NCBI RefSeq assembly: GCF_032191835.1
Contig: NC_083227.1
Span: forward strand, 24,800,001-24,864,000
Length of the DNA: 64,000 nucleotides
Direction: 5' to 3'
Source of the DNA: Heteronotia binoei
Taxonomy: Eukaryota
The number at the start of each line of letters is the position of its first letter. Within the stretch, counting starts at the first letter, position 1. Of this stretch, positions 35,490-48,003 are shown piece after piece. A program made the translations under genes and the position numbers. The notes below the pieces were generated by a model, which saw only the letters and a program-made list of their open reading frames with translations, made no database searches and was not told the DNA's origin.

Positions 35490-36450
35490 TTTCTTTTATA
35501 ACTCACGTTTGTATTATTTTTTAGCACAGTAAAACCAACACTAAGTATATACAGTTATACAACATACAGAAAAAGTGCAAAAACAGAAACATAAATAAAA
35601 ATGACATAGAAAAATAATTAATTCAGGTTACATTTTCACAACATATTCGTAGATCCAATTAATACCGAATGTAGTCCAAATATTTAGTTGGAATAGATGA
35701 ATTGGACAATGGTTTTTCGTTTATGTATGCAAAAAAAACAAACAAACCATTTTTCGACAAAGGTATCTGCTAATGGATTTTCATATTTCAAAATGCAGGA
35801 TGCCAACTTATCTTGAATCAAGAGATCCCAGACTTTATCAAAGCATTGACGAGTACTAGGACTTTTGTCAGATTTCCAACATTGTGCCACATTAATTTTA
35901 GCCGCCATTAATAAAATAGAGAGTAGTTCTAAATTCAAATTAGAACAAAGTTTCTTATTCCACATATTAAGAAGCATCGACTCAGGTAGGAAAGGGATAT
36001 CACAGCCTATTATTTCCATAGCAATCTTTAGTACTGATTTCCGAAATGATTTTGTTGTGGGACAGTCCCACCAACAATGTTTTAGCGTGCCTATTTCCCC
36101 ACATCCTTTCCAACAACTTGGATTTGGAATCAATTTACTACAAAACATAACTGTACGGCGTGTAATACCACCTGGACCAGACTTTAAAGTTTCGGATTCT
36201 AATGTAAGAGGATCTTGATTTAAATAAAGAGCTTTTCCATACTGATTTCCATTGTTCTTCCGAGAAAATCTTCTCACAGTTTTTTTGCCAATGATTTTGT
36301 TGCGATGTGCATTGCGCCCAGGTTTTTAAATTGTCAGGGCCTTTTCTGTTGTAGCTCCATGCTGGTCGAATGAACTCCCTGAGGAGGTTAGGGCCCTGCG
36401 AGAGCTCGCAAAGTTCTGCAAGGCATGTAAGACAGCACTCTTCCACCAGG
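35490..36450 (-). mobile_element. L1-clade LINE 3' fragment (ORF2 C-terminal cysteine-rich region)
   Basis: Minus translations ...FKVWSRWYYTP and SCWKGCGEIGTLKHCWWDCP...AAKINVAQCWKS...FDKVWD...EKW. Confidence 0.8.
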
Positions 36451-37155
36451 CATTTGTAAATTAAGATCACAAACTACAACAGACTCCAAAATATCCGGAC
36501 CACCTCTAGCATGAACCTAAGATCTTGTTTTTATACAGAACATCCAGCTGGAACAGCAGAATGGTAAATCGTGATATAAAAACAGACTGGGCAACTTATC
36601 CATCTTATCAAACAGATTGCCATCCGTAATTTAATATAGCACTTGAAATGTTTTAATTTTTATGATTTTATGTTTCTGTGTTGTAACATACTTTTATATT
36701 TCATGTGTATACATAAACATGTAAGCCACCCTGAGCCTGCTTTGGCGGGGAGGGCGGGATACGAATCAAACAAAATAAAATAAATAAATAAAGAGCAGCT
36801 GCACTGTCAGAGCAGGCAACACTCGGTGTGATGGATGGAGAAGGCAACAAAGTTTGGCACCTTGAAGACCAACCGAGTTTTGTTCCAGGTATAAGCTCTC
36901 ATGTGCATGCACGTTTCTTCACCCAAAAGCTCCCACCTTGAATGAAACTCGGTTGGTCTTCAAGGTGTCACTGGACTCAAACTTGGTTCCGCTGCTTCAG
37001 ACCACCTGGATGTGTAGACGGCGGTTTTGTATGGTCCTTTGAGCTCTGCCTTTGCATGTGGAAGGCGTCGTGACAGGAACTTTCTGTCTACTCTGCAAAG
37101 TGAGCCAGGTTCCTTGGCTCAGTCCTTAACATTCCCAGTTAAAAGATCTCCACTG

Positions 37156-37646
37156 TAAACCCTACATCAGAAAACGTACTCCTCAATAGAGGTATAGATC
37201 CTAAATTAAATAAGAAAAGAGCAGAATTAATATCAATCTTAATTTCGACAGCCAGGCTAACTTTAGCCGCTAAATGGATAGCTTCCTCCCCTCCAACTAT
37301 AGAGCAATGGCATGAAAAAAATCTGGGAACACTCTGCGTTGTATAAATTATCCTACAATCTTTCAGATTCACCTATTGGCCAATATGAAAGTAAAGTAGT
37401 GGAAGTATGGTATCCTTTAATGAGTTATATGGCTGAACATAATATAGTTCCAAAATCACATTATTATAGAAGCTTGATTTATTTTTTATAATTTTTTTTC
37501 TCTTTTCCAGTTTTATTATTTCATATTCCATATTTGATCAATCACTGTACGAATGTCAGTGGCAAATGCTTGTTGTTGCCCTTATTGTAACGCTTTATTG
37601 AATTCACAATAAAGAATTTTTGAATCTTAAAAAAAACAAAACAAAA
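37156..37646 (+). mobile_element. 5'-truncated L1 insertion with poly-A and 15-bp TSD
   Basis: TSD AAAAGATCTCCACTG at 37141-37155 and 37647-37661; translation ISTARLTLAAKW...PPTIEQWHEK...VWYPLMSY; AATAAA + A-rich tail. Confidence 0.8.
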
Positions 37647-38258
37647 AAAAGATCTCCACTGGCGAGTGCTGAAAAAGAACTTTTAAAAAAATCCTGCATC
37701 CTTCAGAGCTGCTGCCAGTTTGGTTCGACGGTACCAAATTGGATGGTCTGAACTGAATAGATTTAGGGCATAGCTTCGCTGATGGTCCCTCTGGCACCGC
37801 CTTGTCTCCCTAATGCCCTCCGCCTTGCGGATTGCACGGCACCTCCCTTTTACAGTCCTTTACATGACAAGCCAAAGCATTTCATTTTAGCCAGTCTGTT
37901 AACAGAAGGCAGGGTTACATCTTTGGAGGGGATTTTTTTATTTAGACAACTGATCCTCTGCCTCTCCAGAGAACTGCTCAGGGGGGATCACCAAGAGGGG
38001 GTGGGGAGTATAATAAAAATCCCCCAAACAAGGATGTAGGATTTGAGTCCAGTAGAAACCAACACGATTTTTTTGTGGTTTCTCTGTCAGTATCTAAGGT
38101 GCTTCTGGCCTCAAATGGACCTGTTCTACCACAGACCAACATGGCTACCCTCTGAAAATGATAAGATAGGAATTACCAGTATTAAAACAAGCCACAAAAG
38201 AACAGCCCGAAACAACATTCTGCATCCTCAAACACTATCTATTAGAGAGGCTTTAAAC

Positions 38259-38879
38259 CAGGGATGGCCAAACAGTGGCTAGGTAGCCACATGAGGCTCT
38301 ATCACACATATTGTGTGGCTCTTGAAACCCCCACTGCCCCGTTGGCTGGCTTAAATCACTTCTCCAGGCCAAGCCAGCCAGCAGCTTGGAGAATGCATTT
38401 AAAGTTGTTTTCTTTCCACTTCTCCCTCCTCCCTCCTTTCCTTTCTAGAGAGCCAGTTTGGTGTAGTGGTTAAGTGCGCGGACTCTTATCTGGGAGAACC
38501 GGGTTTGATTCCCCACTCCTCCCCTTGCAGCTGCTGGAATGACCTTGGGTCAGCCATTCCTTGTAAGGGCAGATTCTGTGAGAGCTCTCTCAGCCCCACC
38601 TATCCCACAGGGTGTCTGTTGTGGGGAAAGAAGCTAACAGAGATTGTAAGCTGCTCTGAGACTCTGATTCAGAGAGAAGGGTGGGTTATAAATCTATGGT
38701 TCCTTCCTTCCTTCCTTCCTTCCTTCCTTCCTTCCTTCCTTCCTTCCTTCCTTCCTTCCTTCCTTCCTTCCTCCCTGCTGTCTTGTGGCTCACAAATCTG
38801 ACATTCATGTCTTGTGGCTCTCAATCATCTGACATTTGTTCTATGTGTCTCTTACATTATGCAAGTTTGGCCACCTCTG
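38259..38879. mobile_element. Non-autonomous hAT (CAGGG(G/A)TGGCCAAAC) with nested family A SINE and (CCTT)n
   Basis: TSD CTTTAAAC at 38251-38258 and 38880-38887; SINE at about 38450-38698; (CCTT)n at 38699-38772. Confidence 0.82.
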
Positions 38880-38900
38880 CTTTAAACCATAAAAGCAGCA

Positions 38901-39080
38901 CAGGGCTTTTTTTATAGCAGGAACTCCTTGCATATTAGGCCACACACCCCTGATGTAGACAATCCTCCAAGAGCTTACAGTAAGCCCTGTACTAAAAGCC
39001 CTGTAAGCTCAAGGAGGATTGGCTACATCAGGGGTGTGTGACCTAATAGGCAAAGAAGTTCTTGCTATAAAAAAGCCCTG
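38901..39080. mobile_element. Palindromic MITE (CAGGGCTTTTT termini)
   Basis: CAGGGCTTTTTTT...AAAAAAGCCCTG hairpin. Confidence 0.75.
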
Positions 39081-39174
39081 TGCCCCACCATCCAAGAAAT
39101 GACATACAGAGAACAAAGTCCACGGCTGAGGGATAGAAACTAGTCAAAGGGTCAAAATTACTGATTTTACTGAC

Positions 39175-39530
39175 ATAAGAAATAAGAGAAGCCATGTTGG
39201 ATCAGGCCAATGGCCCATCCAGTCCAACACTCTGTGTCACACAGTGGCCAAACCCCCCCCAAAACCCAAGTGCCATCAGGAGGTTCACAAGTGGGGCTAG
39301 AAGCCCTTTCACTTTGCCCCCCTAAGCACCAAGAATACAGAGCATCACTGCCCCAGACAGTTCAAATAATATGCTATGGCTAATAGCCACTGATGGACCT
39401 TTGCTCTATATTTTTATTTAATCCCCTCTTGAAGCTGGCTATGCTTGTAGCCACCACCACCTCCTGTGGCAGTGAATTCCACATGTTAATCACCCTTTGG
39501 GTAAAGAAGTACCTCCTTTTATCCGTGGGC
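39175..39530 (-). mobile_element. CR1 3' fragment
   Basis: Minus translation RYFFTQRVINMWNSLPQEVV...RSISGY*; CATAAGAA tail. Confidence 0.85.
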
Positions 39531-39646
39531 AGATACGTACTCTGGACTTTCCCCCTTTTATCACGCCTGATGTAGCCGAGAGCGGCCGTTTTAACAGCAA
39601 TCCCCTTTCCTGGGCTTCTAATTGGGATCTTCATTTCTGCTTTCAG

Positions 39647-39776
39647 GTCAAGGGGATGCTAAAAGAAGAAATCCCGAATTTCCTCAAGGCAGAGCAGGCT
39701 TCGTTGCATGGTGAGGCAAAGCGAGTCTCCAGAGAGGCCAAGCCTGAGGACGGCTCTGGGGGTACAAACTTGATGG
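39647..39776 (+). CDS. ZSCAN gene 2, linker exon
   Basis: Acceptor TTTCTGCTTTCAG (phase 0), donor ATGG|GTAAG (phase 1); reads VKGMLKEEIPNFLKAEQ...GTNLMG; joins both flanking exons in frame. Confidence 0.75.
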
Positions 39777-39875
39777 GTAAGAACTGCCTTGTGGCTGAGT
39801 TTGGGGGGCTAGAAAAGAGGGAGCAGTCCAGGGGTATTGCTCTGATGATATTGCTCTGGTGATACTGGTCAGCTC

Positions 39876-40052
39876 CAGGGCTATTTTTGTAGCAGGGACT
39901 CCTTTGCCTATTAGGCCACACACCCCTGATGTAGCCAGTCCGCCAAGAGCTTTTAGGGCTCTTAGTACTACTGTAAGCTCCAGGAGGATTGGCTACACCA
40001 GGGAGGTGTTGCCTCATATGCAAAGGAGTTCCTGCTACAAAAATAGCCCTGG
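39876..40052. mobile_element. Palindromic hAT MITE, 8-bp TSD
   Basis: TSD GTCAGCTC at 39868-39875 and 40053-40060. Confidence 0.82.
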
Positions 40053-40339
40053 TCAGCTCAATCTGTTGGGTTAAATGTGAAAAAGAAAGCATTTGCTTTG
40101 GAAGCACAGAAGCTTTTTCATAGTGTCCCCCACCCTCTATGTTTCTGGGTTAAGGGGAAACGCCGTTCACACCGATTACAAAGATGATCTGACTCCGGTG
40201 GTGACAAGAGAAAGAAAGTTGACTTACAAAAACAGAAGCACACCTACGTGACATATTCATGGAGGTACATTTGTGAATGGATTAACTTCAAAGAGGTTAA
40301 CTTGCTACAGCTCCAAGCCCAAATAAGAGAGAAGAATTA

Positions 40340-40650
40340 AAGAAGAATTGCAGATTTATACCCTGCCCTTCTCTCTGAATCAGAGACTCAGAGCAGCTTA
40401 CATTCTCCTATAACTTCTCCCCCCACAACAAACACCCTGTGAGGTGGGTGGGGCTGAGAGGGCTCTCACAGCAGCTGCCCTTTCAAGGACAACCTCTGCC
40501 AGAGCTATGGCTAACCCAAGGCCAGCAGGTTAACTCAGAGACCAGAGAGCTATGGCTAACCCAGCAGGTGCAAGTGGAGGAGTGGGGAATCAAACCTGGT
40601 TCTCCCAGATAAGAATCCTCACACTTAACCATTATGACAAACTGGCTCTA
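40340..40650 (-). mobile_element. tRNA-derived SINE family A (with internal duplication)
   Basis: Reverse-complement copy; CCAGAGCTATGGCTAACCCA duplicated. Confidence 0.7.
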
Positions 40651-40809
40651 CATCCAATTGGCTCAAGAGAGAGAAGCAGAGAGGTCCTATTTAGGATGAA
40701 ACACAGAAAGACAAGCCGGCCCCTGGGCCGCATGTTTGACACCCCTGGTGTAAGTTGCTCTGGGTTTTTCTTAGGGAGATAGGATAGGATAGGACAAGAC
40801 AGGACAGGA

Positions 40810-41143
40810 CAGGGGTGGCCAAACTTGCTTAACAGAAGAGCCACATAGAATAAACGTTGGATGTTTGAGAGCCACAAGACATGAACATCAAATGTTTGAG
40901 AACCGGAAGAAAGACAGGAAGTCAGGCAGGAAGGAAGGCAAATAGATGGAGGGGGAGGGAGGGGGAAAGAAAGCAACTTTAAATACATTCTCCAAGTCAG
41001 CAGCTAGCTTGACTTGGAGAAGTTATTTAAAGAGAGAAATGCCTTCTCCAAGCTGGCTGACAGGGTAGTGGGGGCTTTGAGAGCCACACAATATGTGTGA
41101 AAGAGCCACATCTGGCTCCCGAGCAGCAGTTTGACCACCCCTG
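40810..41143. mobile_element. Non-autonomous hAT (CAGGGGTGGCCAAAC TIR)
   Basis: TIR pair; right flank GGATAGGA; left flank is a (GGAYA)n microsatellite. Confidence 0.78.
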
Positions 41144-41263
41144 GGATAGGATAAGGCTTTATTATGGTGAAAGACCAGAACTTAAATACCCATGGATAAA
41201 ATGCCGCATAGGGCAATAAACAGTATACAAACCATCAGGATACAATAAAATAGATTTTGAGGG

Positions 41264-41560
41264 AAAGGAAAGGTCCCCTGTGCAAGCACCAGTCATTTCC
41301 AACTCTGGGGTGACGTTGCTTTCACGTTTTCACAGCAAACTTTTTTAATGGGGTGGTTTGCTATTGCCTTCCCCCGTCATCTACACTTTCCCCCCAGCAA
41401 GCTGGGGACTCATTTGACCGACCTCGGAAGGATGGAAGGATGAGTCAACCTGGAGCCGGCTACCTGAAAACCCAGCTTCCACCAGGGATCAAACTCAGGT
41501 TGTGAGCAGAGTTTAGAACTGCAGTACTGCAGCTTTAACACTCTGCGCAACGGGGCTCTT
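41264..41560 (+). mobile_element. Sauria SINE
   Basis: Sauria consensus blocks as at 1391. Confidence 0.8.
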
Positions 41561-42303
41561 AAAAACATTCATGTTGAAGGAATAAAATGTTAAAATTCCA
41601 CTACTTGAGCTAAAAAAAGATTTTCTTATCCCTACACCATGCCACCCAAATCTAGTTCCCTGATAAGTGACATCAGAATGCTTGTCTGAAAGAAGTCTTC
41701 TCAAAAGGCACAATCTTTGTCTGCCAGTGGGGGATAATGTTGTGGCCAAGGAAAGGGATTCACAAAGCTTGTTGGTGCATCTAGTCCAGCACCCTGTCTC
41801 ATACAGTGGCCAACCAGTTCCTCTGGACAGCCAACAACAGGCCAGAGAGGCCAAGGCCTTCCCCTAATGTTGCCTCCAGGCTCTAGGATTCAGAGGTTTA
41901 GTGCCTCTGAATATGGAGGTTCCCCTCAGCTACCATGGCTAGTAGCTGTTTATTTGTTTACTACAGTTGGACAGGAGACCATAAGAAGAGCCCTGCTGGA
42001 TCAGACCAGTGGTCCATCTAGTCCAACATCCAGTCTCCAACACTGGCCAGCCAGTTCCTCTGGACAGCCAACAACAAGGCAGAGACGCTGAGGCCTTCCC
42101 CTAAAGTTGCCTCCAGGCTCTGGGATTCAGATGATTAGTGCCTCTGAATGCAGATGTTCCCCCTTAGTCACTATAGCTAGTAGCCATTGATGGACTTCTT
42201 CATGAATTGAACTAATCCCTTTTTAAATATGTTATTTCTGTGGCTATCAATCCGTCCTCTAGCAGTTAATTCCACATTTTAATTCACATTTTAATCACTC
42301 CAG

Positions 42304-43574
42304 CAGGAGAACCACTGCTGACTGCGATTGAGGACGAAGGAAGCAAACGGCGTGGCGGTTCTGATGAGGATGAAACCAATGGGGTTCCGATGGGCAGCAC
42401 AGTAGAGGAAGGTTCCCAAAGTGAGGAGCAGACGGAAGCTTCTGGAAGTTGGCAAGGGCCAGAGGATCCTCAGAGGAGTTCCCCAGGTGGAAAAATAGAA
42501 AAGCTTCACAAAAGTGAGGAGTCTCCAGGGGAAAGTGCAGGCCAACTGAGAATCCACACAGTAAAGAGTGAGCACATGGAGAACGAGAGCAGCTTGGTGG
42601 AGAATTCGGACATAATTGAATTTAAGGTGACCCACACGGGTGACATGCCGTATAAATGCTTGGACTGCGGGAAGAGCTTCAATTACAGCACCAGCCTCGT
42701 AAGACACCAGAGAATCCACACCGGAGAGAAACCGTACAAGTGCCTGGACTGCGGAAAGTGTTTCTGCCAAAGTTCAGGTCTCACCATCCACCAGAGAATC
42801 CATGCCGGGGAGAAAGCCTATCAGTGTCTGGACTGTGGGAAAAGCTTCCGCGTCAAGTCGCATCTGATCCGCCACTCCATCATCCACAAGGGAGAGAAGC
42901 CGTACAAGTGTCCTGAATGCGGGGTTAGCTTCTGCGAAAGGTCAGAGCTGAGAATCCACCAGAGGATCCACACGGGGGAGAAACCGTACAATTGCGCCGA
43001 CTGTGGGAAAAATTTCTGCCGGAAGGCGGACCTCACTCTCCATCAGAGGATCCACACGGGAGAGATGCCGTACACGTGCCTGGAGTGCGGCAAAGGTTTC
43101 CGCTGGAGTTCCAACCTCATTACCCATCAGAAAACCCACACAGGGGTGAAACCCTTTGAGTGCACCGAGTGCGGGAAAAGCTACTACTCGAACATGAGCC
43201 TGGTGAGGCACCAGAGAGTCCACACAGGGGGGACCCCGTACATCTGCTCTGACTGCGGGAAGAGCTTCTGCGATAGCACCAGCCTGACGAGGCATCAGAA
43301 GATCCACACAGGGGAGAAGCCGTACACCTGTGCGGATTGCGGGAAAAGCTTCAACCGCAACTCCAACCTCATTTCTCATCAGAGGACACACACGGGAGCC
43401 AAGCCATTCCTGTGCGTGGACTGCGGGAAAAACTTCCGCTCCAAATCAGAGCTTCACAGGCATTACACGGTCCATGTGGGAGAGAAAAGTCGGGGGGGTG
43501 AGGCAGAGGTTCCTGCACCCGAGAGAACAAACAGCGACGAGAAAAACAGTGAACAGGAAGTTATGAATGAATGA
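42304..43574 (+). CDS. ZSCAN gene 2, final exon with 10 C2H2 fingers (spliced product about 783 aa)
   Basis: CAGCAG tandem acceptor at 42301-42306 (phase 1, both in frame); 10 complete fingers with TGEKP-type linkers; stop at 43572-43574. Confidence 0.92.
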
Positions 43575-44817
43575 ATGAATAGTGGGGGGGGGGGAGGAGA
43601 AAGCCTGCCATAATTAGAAACTTAGATTGCTTGGTTTATCACCCTGCGTAATCCCCATTAACTTTTTTTTTGTTTTTGCAAAGACTTTTAAAAGATTTTC
43701 AAAAAACAACAGCCCATGGCTTTGTGTTCCCATCTTGATAGATAGGTAGAAATCTATGGCCTTCTGTGCCGCTAAAAACATGTGGACGTCTATCCTTGCT
43801 GCCAGTTTCCCCCTTATCCTCTTCCTCCTTCGTCTCCTAAATCTGAAACTCGAAGAACAATATTGTCCTTTTTGTAAAAAAAAAAAAAAATGTGTGCGCT
43901 GATGAAATCAGGTGTCTGATCTTTGCATGTTCTTGAATCTCAAGTTAACGCTTTGTTCTAATAACACACTAATCCTTTTATTATTTTGCTCTTTTTAATT
44001 TTATTGTTAGAAACTGGCTCACCTACATGCTCTGAAGGAGTTCATTTTTAAGACAAAGCTTCAGACACATTTGGATGATGTCATATTCCGGGGGCCCTCT
44101 CACTCTGGGCACTTCTGGAACTCGGTATTAGGCGCCTTAATGGCCCGAGTCAATAATTTCTCTAAACCTGGAGACTAAGATGGGAAAATATGGCCGTGTT
44201 GGATCTCATCAGCTCTTTCGAGGGCCACTTAAGTCTACAAACAATGTGAGGTTTGTTCCTTGGATTGCTAGCGACAATATGCAGTTCATACTTTAAATAT
44301 TTAAGCTGTGTCATTTTCTCTCTTTTTTTTTTTTTGAGGAAGTACTTTTAAGTTATTAGGAAGCACTTTTGAAGGCCTGAGAGGCAGAATTAAATACGAA
44401 GTCTCATGTGAAGTTTTATTTGCCCTTTGCTCTGTTTGGAAGATGTGTTCCTTGCAGGTTTCCAGGCTCCTTTCTAATTTTCCTTATCTGTGTGCCTCTT
44501 GATAAAGAAAATGTTATTTCAGTACAATATATTGCATGACATTTTCCTGAGGTGGCAACTTATTTTATTCCCTCCCCTCGCCAATAGCTACATGATCTGC
44601 AGATGTTACTCAGTAAAAAAAAAAAAATCATTCATCTGTTCTACTGCGTTTTTGTTTGGGGGTGCGGGGTGGGTTTGCTATCCCTAAGCTGAACTAGAAA
44701 ACACAAAGAAGAGGAGAGGTCTCCTTTGGCCAGAAAAATATGAAGTCATGGTCTGGTACACTGTGGCCAGAGACTTTTGGCTTGACAGCTCCCAGCGGGA
44801 ATGGGAACTACCACAAG

Positions 44818-45045
44818 GAAGAAGAAGAGTTGGGTTTTATATCCCACTTTTCACTATCTAAAGTAGTCCCAAAGTGGCATACAATCCCCTTCCCTTCCCC
44901 TTTCCCCACAACAGGTGCTTTCTGAAGTAGGTGGGGCTGAGAGAATTCTGAGAGAACTTGGGCCTGCTGGCTGCATGTAGAGGAGTGGGGAATCAAACCC
45001 ATTTCTTCCAGATTAGAGTCCACTGCTCTTAACCACTACACCACG
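44818..45045 (-). mobile_element. tRNA-derived SINE family A (diverged)
   Basis: Ends CTTAACCACTACACCA; GGGGAATCAAACCC B-box complement. Confidence 0.65.
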
Positions 45046-45169
45046 CTGCTTTGGGGGGAAACTACCATTTCATTCTTAAAACACAGTGGGCTGTTTGTCT
45101 ATGTTCCTTTTAATTTCACCAGCCCCAGCAGGTCTTCAGTGACCAGAATCAATGGGTTGAAATTGTCAG

Positions 45170-45410
45170 AAGAGTTTCCAGCTCAACATTAGGAAGAACT
45201 TCCTGACAGCGTGGTTCCTCAGTGGAGCAGGCTTCCTCGGGAGGTGGTGGGCTCTCCCTCCTTGGAGGTTTGTAAACAGAGGCTAGATGGCCATCTGACA
45301 GCAATGCAGATCCTGTGAATTTAGGGGGAGGTACTTGTGAATTTCCTGCATTGTTCAGGGGGTTGGACTAGATGAGCCTGGGGATCCCTTCCAACCCTTT
45401 GGTTCTATGA
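45170..45410 (+). mobile_element. CR1 3' end
   Basis: CAACATTAGGAAGAACTTCCTGAC...GGGTTGGACTAGATG...CCCTTCCAACCC...TCTATGA. Confidence 0.7.
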
Positions 45411-45645
45411 GTGTGAACAAACTGCAAATGGGTGAACATGTGTGCATGGAAAAATGAGTCACTGGTGGGCATCTTGCTTAGAGGCCGTTGGATGCCCACC
45501 AGCCTTATTGTTAATAGTTTGTTTTCCTCAGAGGGGCTTACTCTTTTGTTGGCAGTCAAAGCGCTAGGAAAAGTGGGAGCCCAGGAAACTTGAGAAAAGG
45601 AAGTCAAAGGAGAGTGCCTGGGGGTGAGGATTAAGTCAATAACAT

Positions 45646-45944
45646 TAAAGGTAAAGGTAGTCCCCTGTGCAAGCACCAGTCGTTTTCAACTCTGGGGTGA
45701 CGTTGATTTCACAGTGTTTTCACAGCAGACTTTTTACGGGGTGGTTTGCCATTGCCTTCCCCTGTCACCTACATTTCCCCCCCAGCAAGCTGGGGACTCA
45801 TTTTACCAACCTCGGAAGGATGGAAGGCTGAGTCAACCTCGAGCCAGCTGCCTGAACCAGCTTCCGCTGGGATCGAACTCAGGTCGTGAGCAGAGGGCTC
45901 CGATTGCAGTACTGCAGCTTTACCACTCTGTGCCTTGGGGCTCT
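45646..45944 (+). mobile_element. Sauria SINE
   Basis: Full-length consensus match; imperfect flanking repeat CAATAA(C/T)ATTA. Confidence 0.85.
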
Positions 45945-46439
45945 CAATAATATTACCCCTTTTCAAATAGTACTAACCATGGCATCAACGATATGGTCGA
46001 AGCTTCTGAAAACACAGGCCAACCACAGTTGAGAATTGCTGTTGCATCTTTATGAAACCATGATTTTAAACCAGGGTAAGTGCAGCCAGTGGAGGTCAGC
46101 TGCTTCACTATGATTAAATGGGGTCTAGCAAACTGGGACCATCAACTTTGAACTTTGGGGGTTTTTTTAAAGCAGCAGTTAGTCTTAATTACAGTTTCAT
46201 GTGACAGGAATGATGGTTTTGTTTGACAGGAGCATCTCATCTTGGTCCCCCTGCTTCAAGACGCCATATGGATGAAGATGTGGAAATAAAGCGAAACTGA
46301 GGTGGTCGACTGTGAACAAATCTGTGTTTTGTGAACTAGCCACTTTGGTGTAGTGGTTAAAGGTGAACTAATTGGTTAAGAACTAAGTTTGAGCCACTTT
46401 GATGTAATGGTTAAAGGTGAAGTAATTCGTTGAGAACTT

Positions 46440-46742
46440 AGAAGAAGAAGGCATTGGATTTATATCACATCCTCCACTCCGAGTCTCAGAGCGGCTCACA
46501 ATCTCCTTTATCTTCCTCCCCCACAACAGACACCCTGTGAGATGGGTGGGGCTGAGAGGGCTCTCACAGCAGCTGCCCTTTTAAGGGCAGCCTCTGCCCG
46601 AGCTATGGCTGACCCAAGGCCGTTCCAGCAGGTGCAAATGGAGGAGTGGGGAACCAAACCTGGTTCTCCCGGATAAGAGTCCACACACTTAACCACTACA
46701 CCAAACTTAACCACTACACCAAACTTAACCACTACACCAAAG
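46440..46742 (-). mobile_element. tRNA-derived SINE family A with triplicated 18-bp head
   Basis: ACTTAACCACTACACCAA x3 at about 46686-46739. Confidence 0.8.
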
Positions 46743-46751
46743 CAGAAAGGT

Positions 46752-47012
46752 TAAAACGGATAAAAGGAAGTACTTATTCACCCAAAGGGTGATTAACATG
46801 TGGAATTCACTGCCACAGGAGGTGGTTGCGGCCACAAGTATAGCCACCTTCAAGAGGGGTTTAGATAAAAATATGGAGCACAGGTCCATCAGTGGCTATT
46901 AGCCACAGTGTATGTGTGTATATAAAATTTTTTGCCACTGTGTGACACAGAGTGTTGGACTTGATGGGCCGTTGGCCTGATCCAACATGGCTTCTCTTAT
47001 GTTCTTATGTTC
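46752..47012 (+). mobile_element. Young CR1 3' end, near-identical to the 3' end of 7907-11063
   Basis: ACGGATAAAAGGAAGTAC...GGCTTCTCTTATGTTCTTATGTTCT. Confidence 0.88.
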
Positions 47013-47609
47013 TAAACTAGCTCTCGAAGATATTGGCAGAGCGTGGCTTGAAGTCGGCTAACGGACATGAATCAGAAACTATAGTATGCATGCTAACCCT
47101 GGTTGGGTACAGTCTGAGTTGACAAAACATGGTTATGTGCATCATTCTGTGTCCAAAGACTGCTCTGTTGGGACAGGAGCAAACTTAGGAAGTCAAGCAC
47201 TGAGGAGACAGAAATCAAAGTGCAACTCACAGGAGAAAACAATTTATTTCACGAGAAGGAGGAGGAGATTGGCTTTATATCTCGCCTTTCACTCAGAGTG
47301 GCTCTCTAAGATAACCAGTGTGAGCCAGTTTGGTGTAGTGGTTAAGTGTGTGGACTCTTATCATAAAGATCTGATTCCCTACTACTCCACATGCAACTGC
47401 TGGAGTGACTTTGGGTAAGTCATAATTCTGTCAAAGCAGTTTCTGTCAGAGCTCTCTCAGCCTCACATACCTCACAGGGTATCTGTTGTGAGGAGGGGAA
47501 GGGAAAGGAGATTATCAGCCACACATTGAGATTAATATCGATTATAATTTCCAGGGGAGGTCTGAAGATCCCTGGAAAAACTGGTTGCTTTTGAGGGTGG
47601 GCTTGATGG

Positions 47610-47922
47610 CATTATACTCTGGTAAGGTCTTTTCCCTCCCTGAACCCCACCCTTCTAGTCAGCTTCAAGAGGGGATTGGATAAACATCTGGAGCAGAAGT
47701 TCATCAGTTGACTATTAGCCACAGCGTATTGTTGGAACTCTTTGGGGCAGTGATGCCCTGTATTCTTAATGCTTGAGGGGGCCATAGTGGGAAGGCTTCT
47801 AGTGTCCTGGCCCCACTGATGGACTTCCTGATGGCATATGGGTTTTTTGGGCACTGTGTGACCCAGAGTGTTGGACTGGACAGGCCATTGACCTGATCCA
47901 ACATGGCTTCTCTTATGTTCTT
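47610..47922 (+). mobile_element. CR1 3'UTR remnant
   Basis: CTTCAAGAGGGGATTGGATAAACATCTGGAGCAG...TCTCTTATGTTCTT. Confidence 0.7.
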
Positions 47923-48003
47923 ATTCTCCAGGAATTTCCCAACCCAGAACTTACATTAGTTTGTGATGTGCCATGGCTGCAAAAAAAAGGCTATTTCAAT
48001 TTA

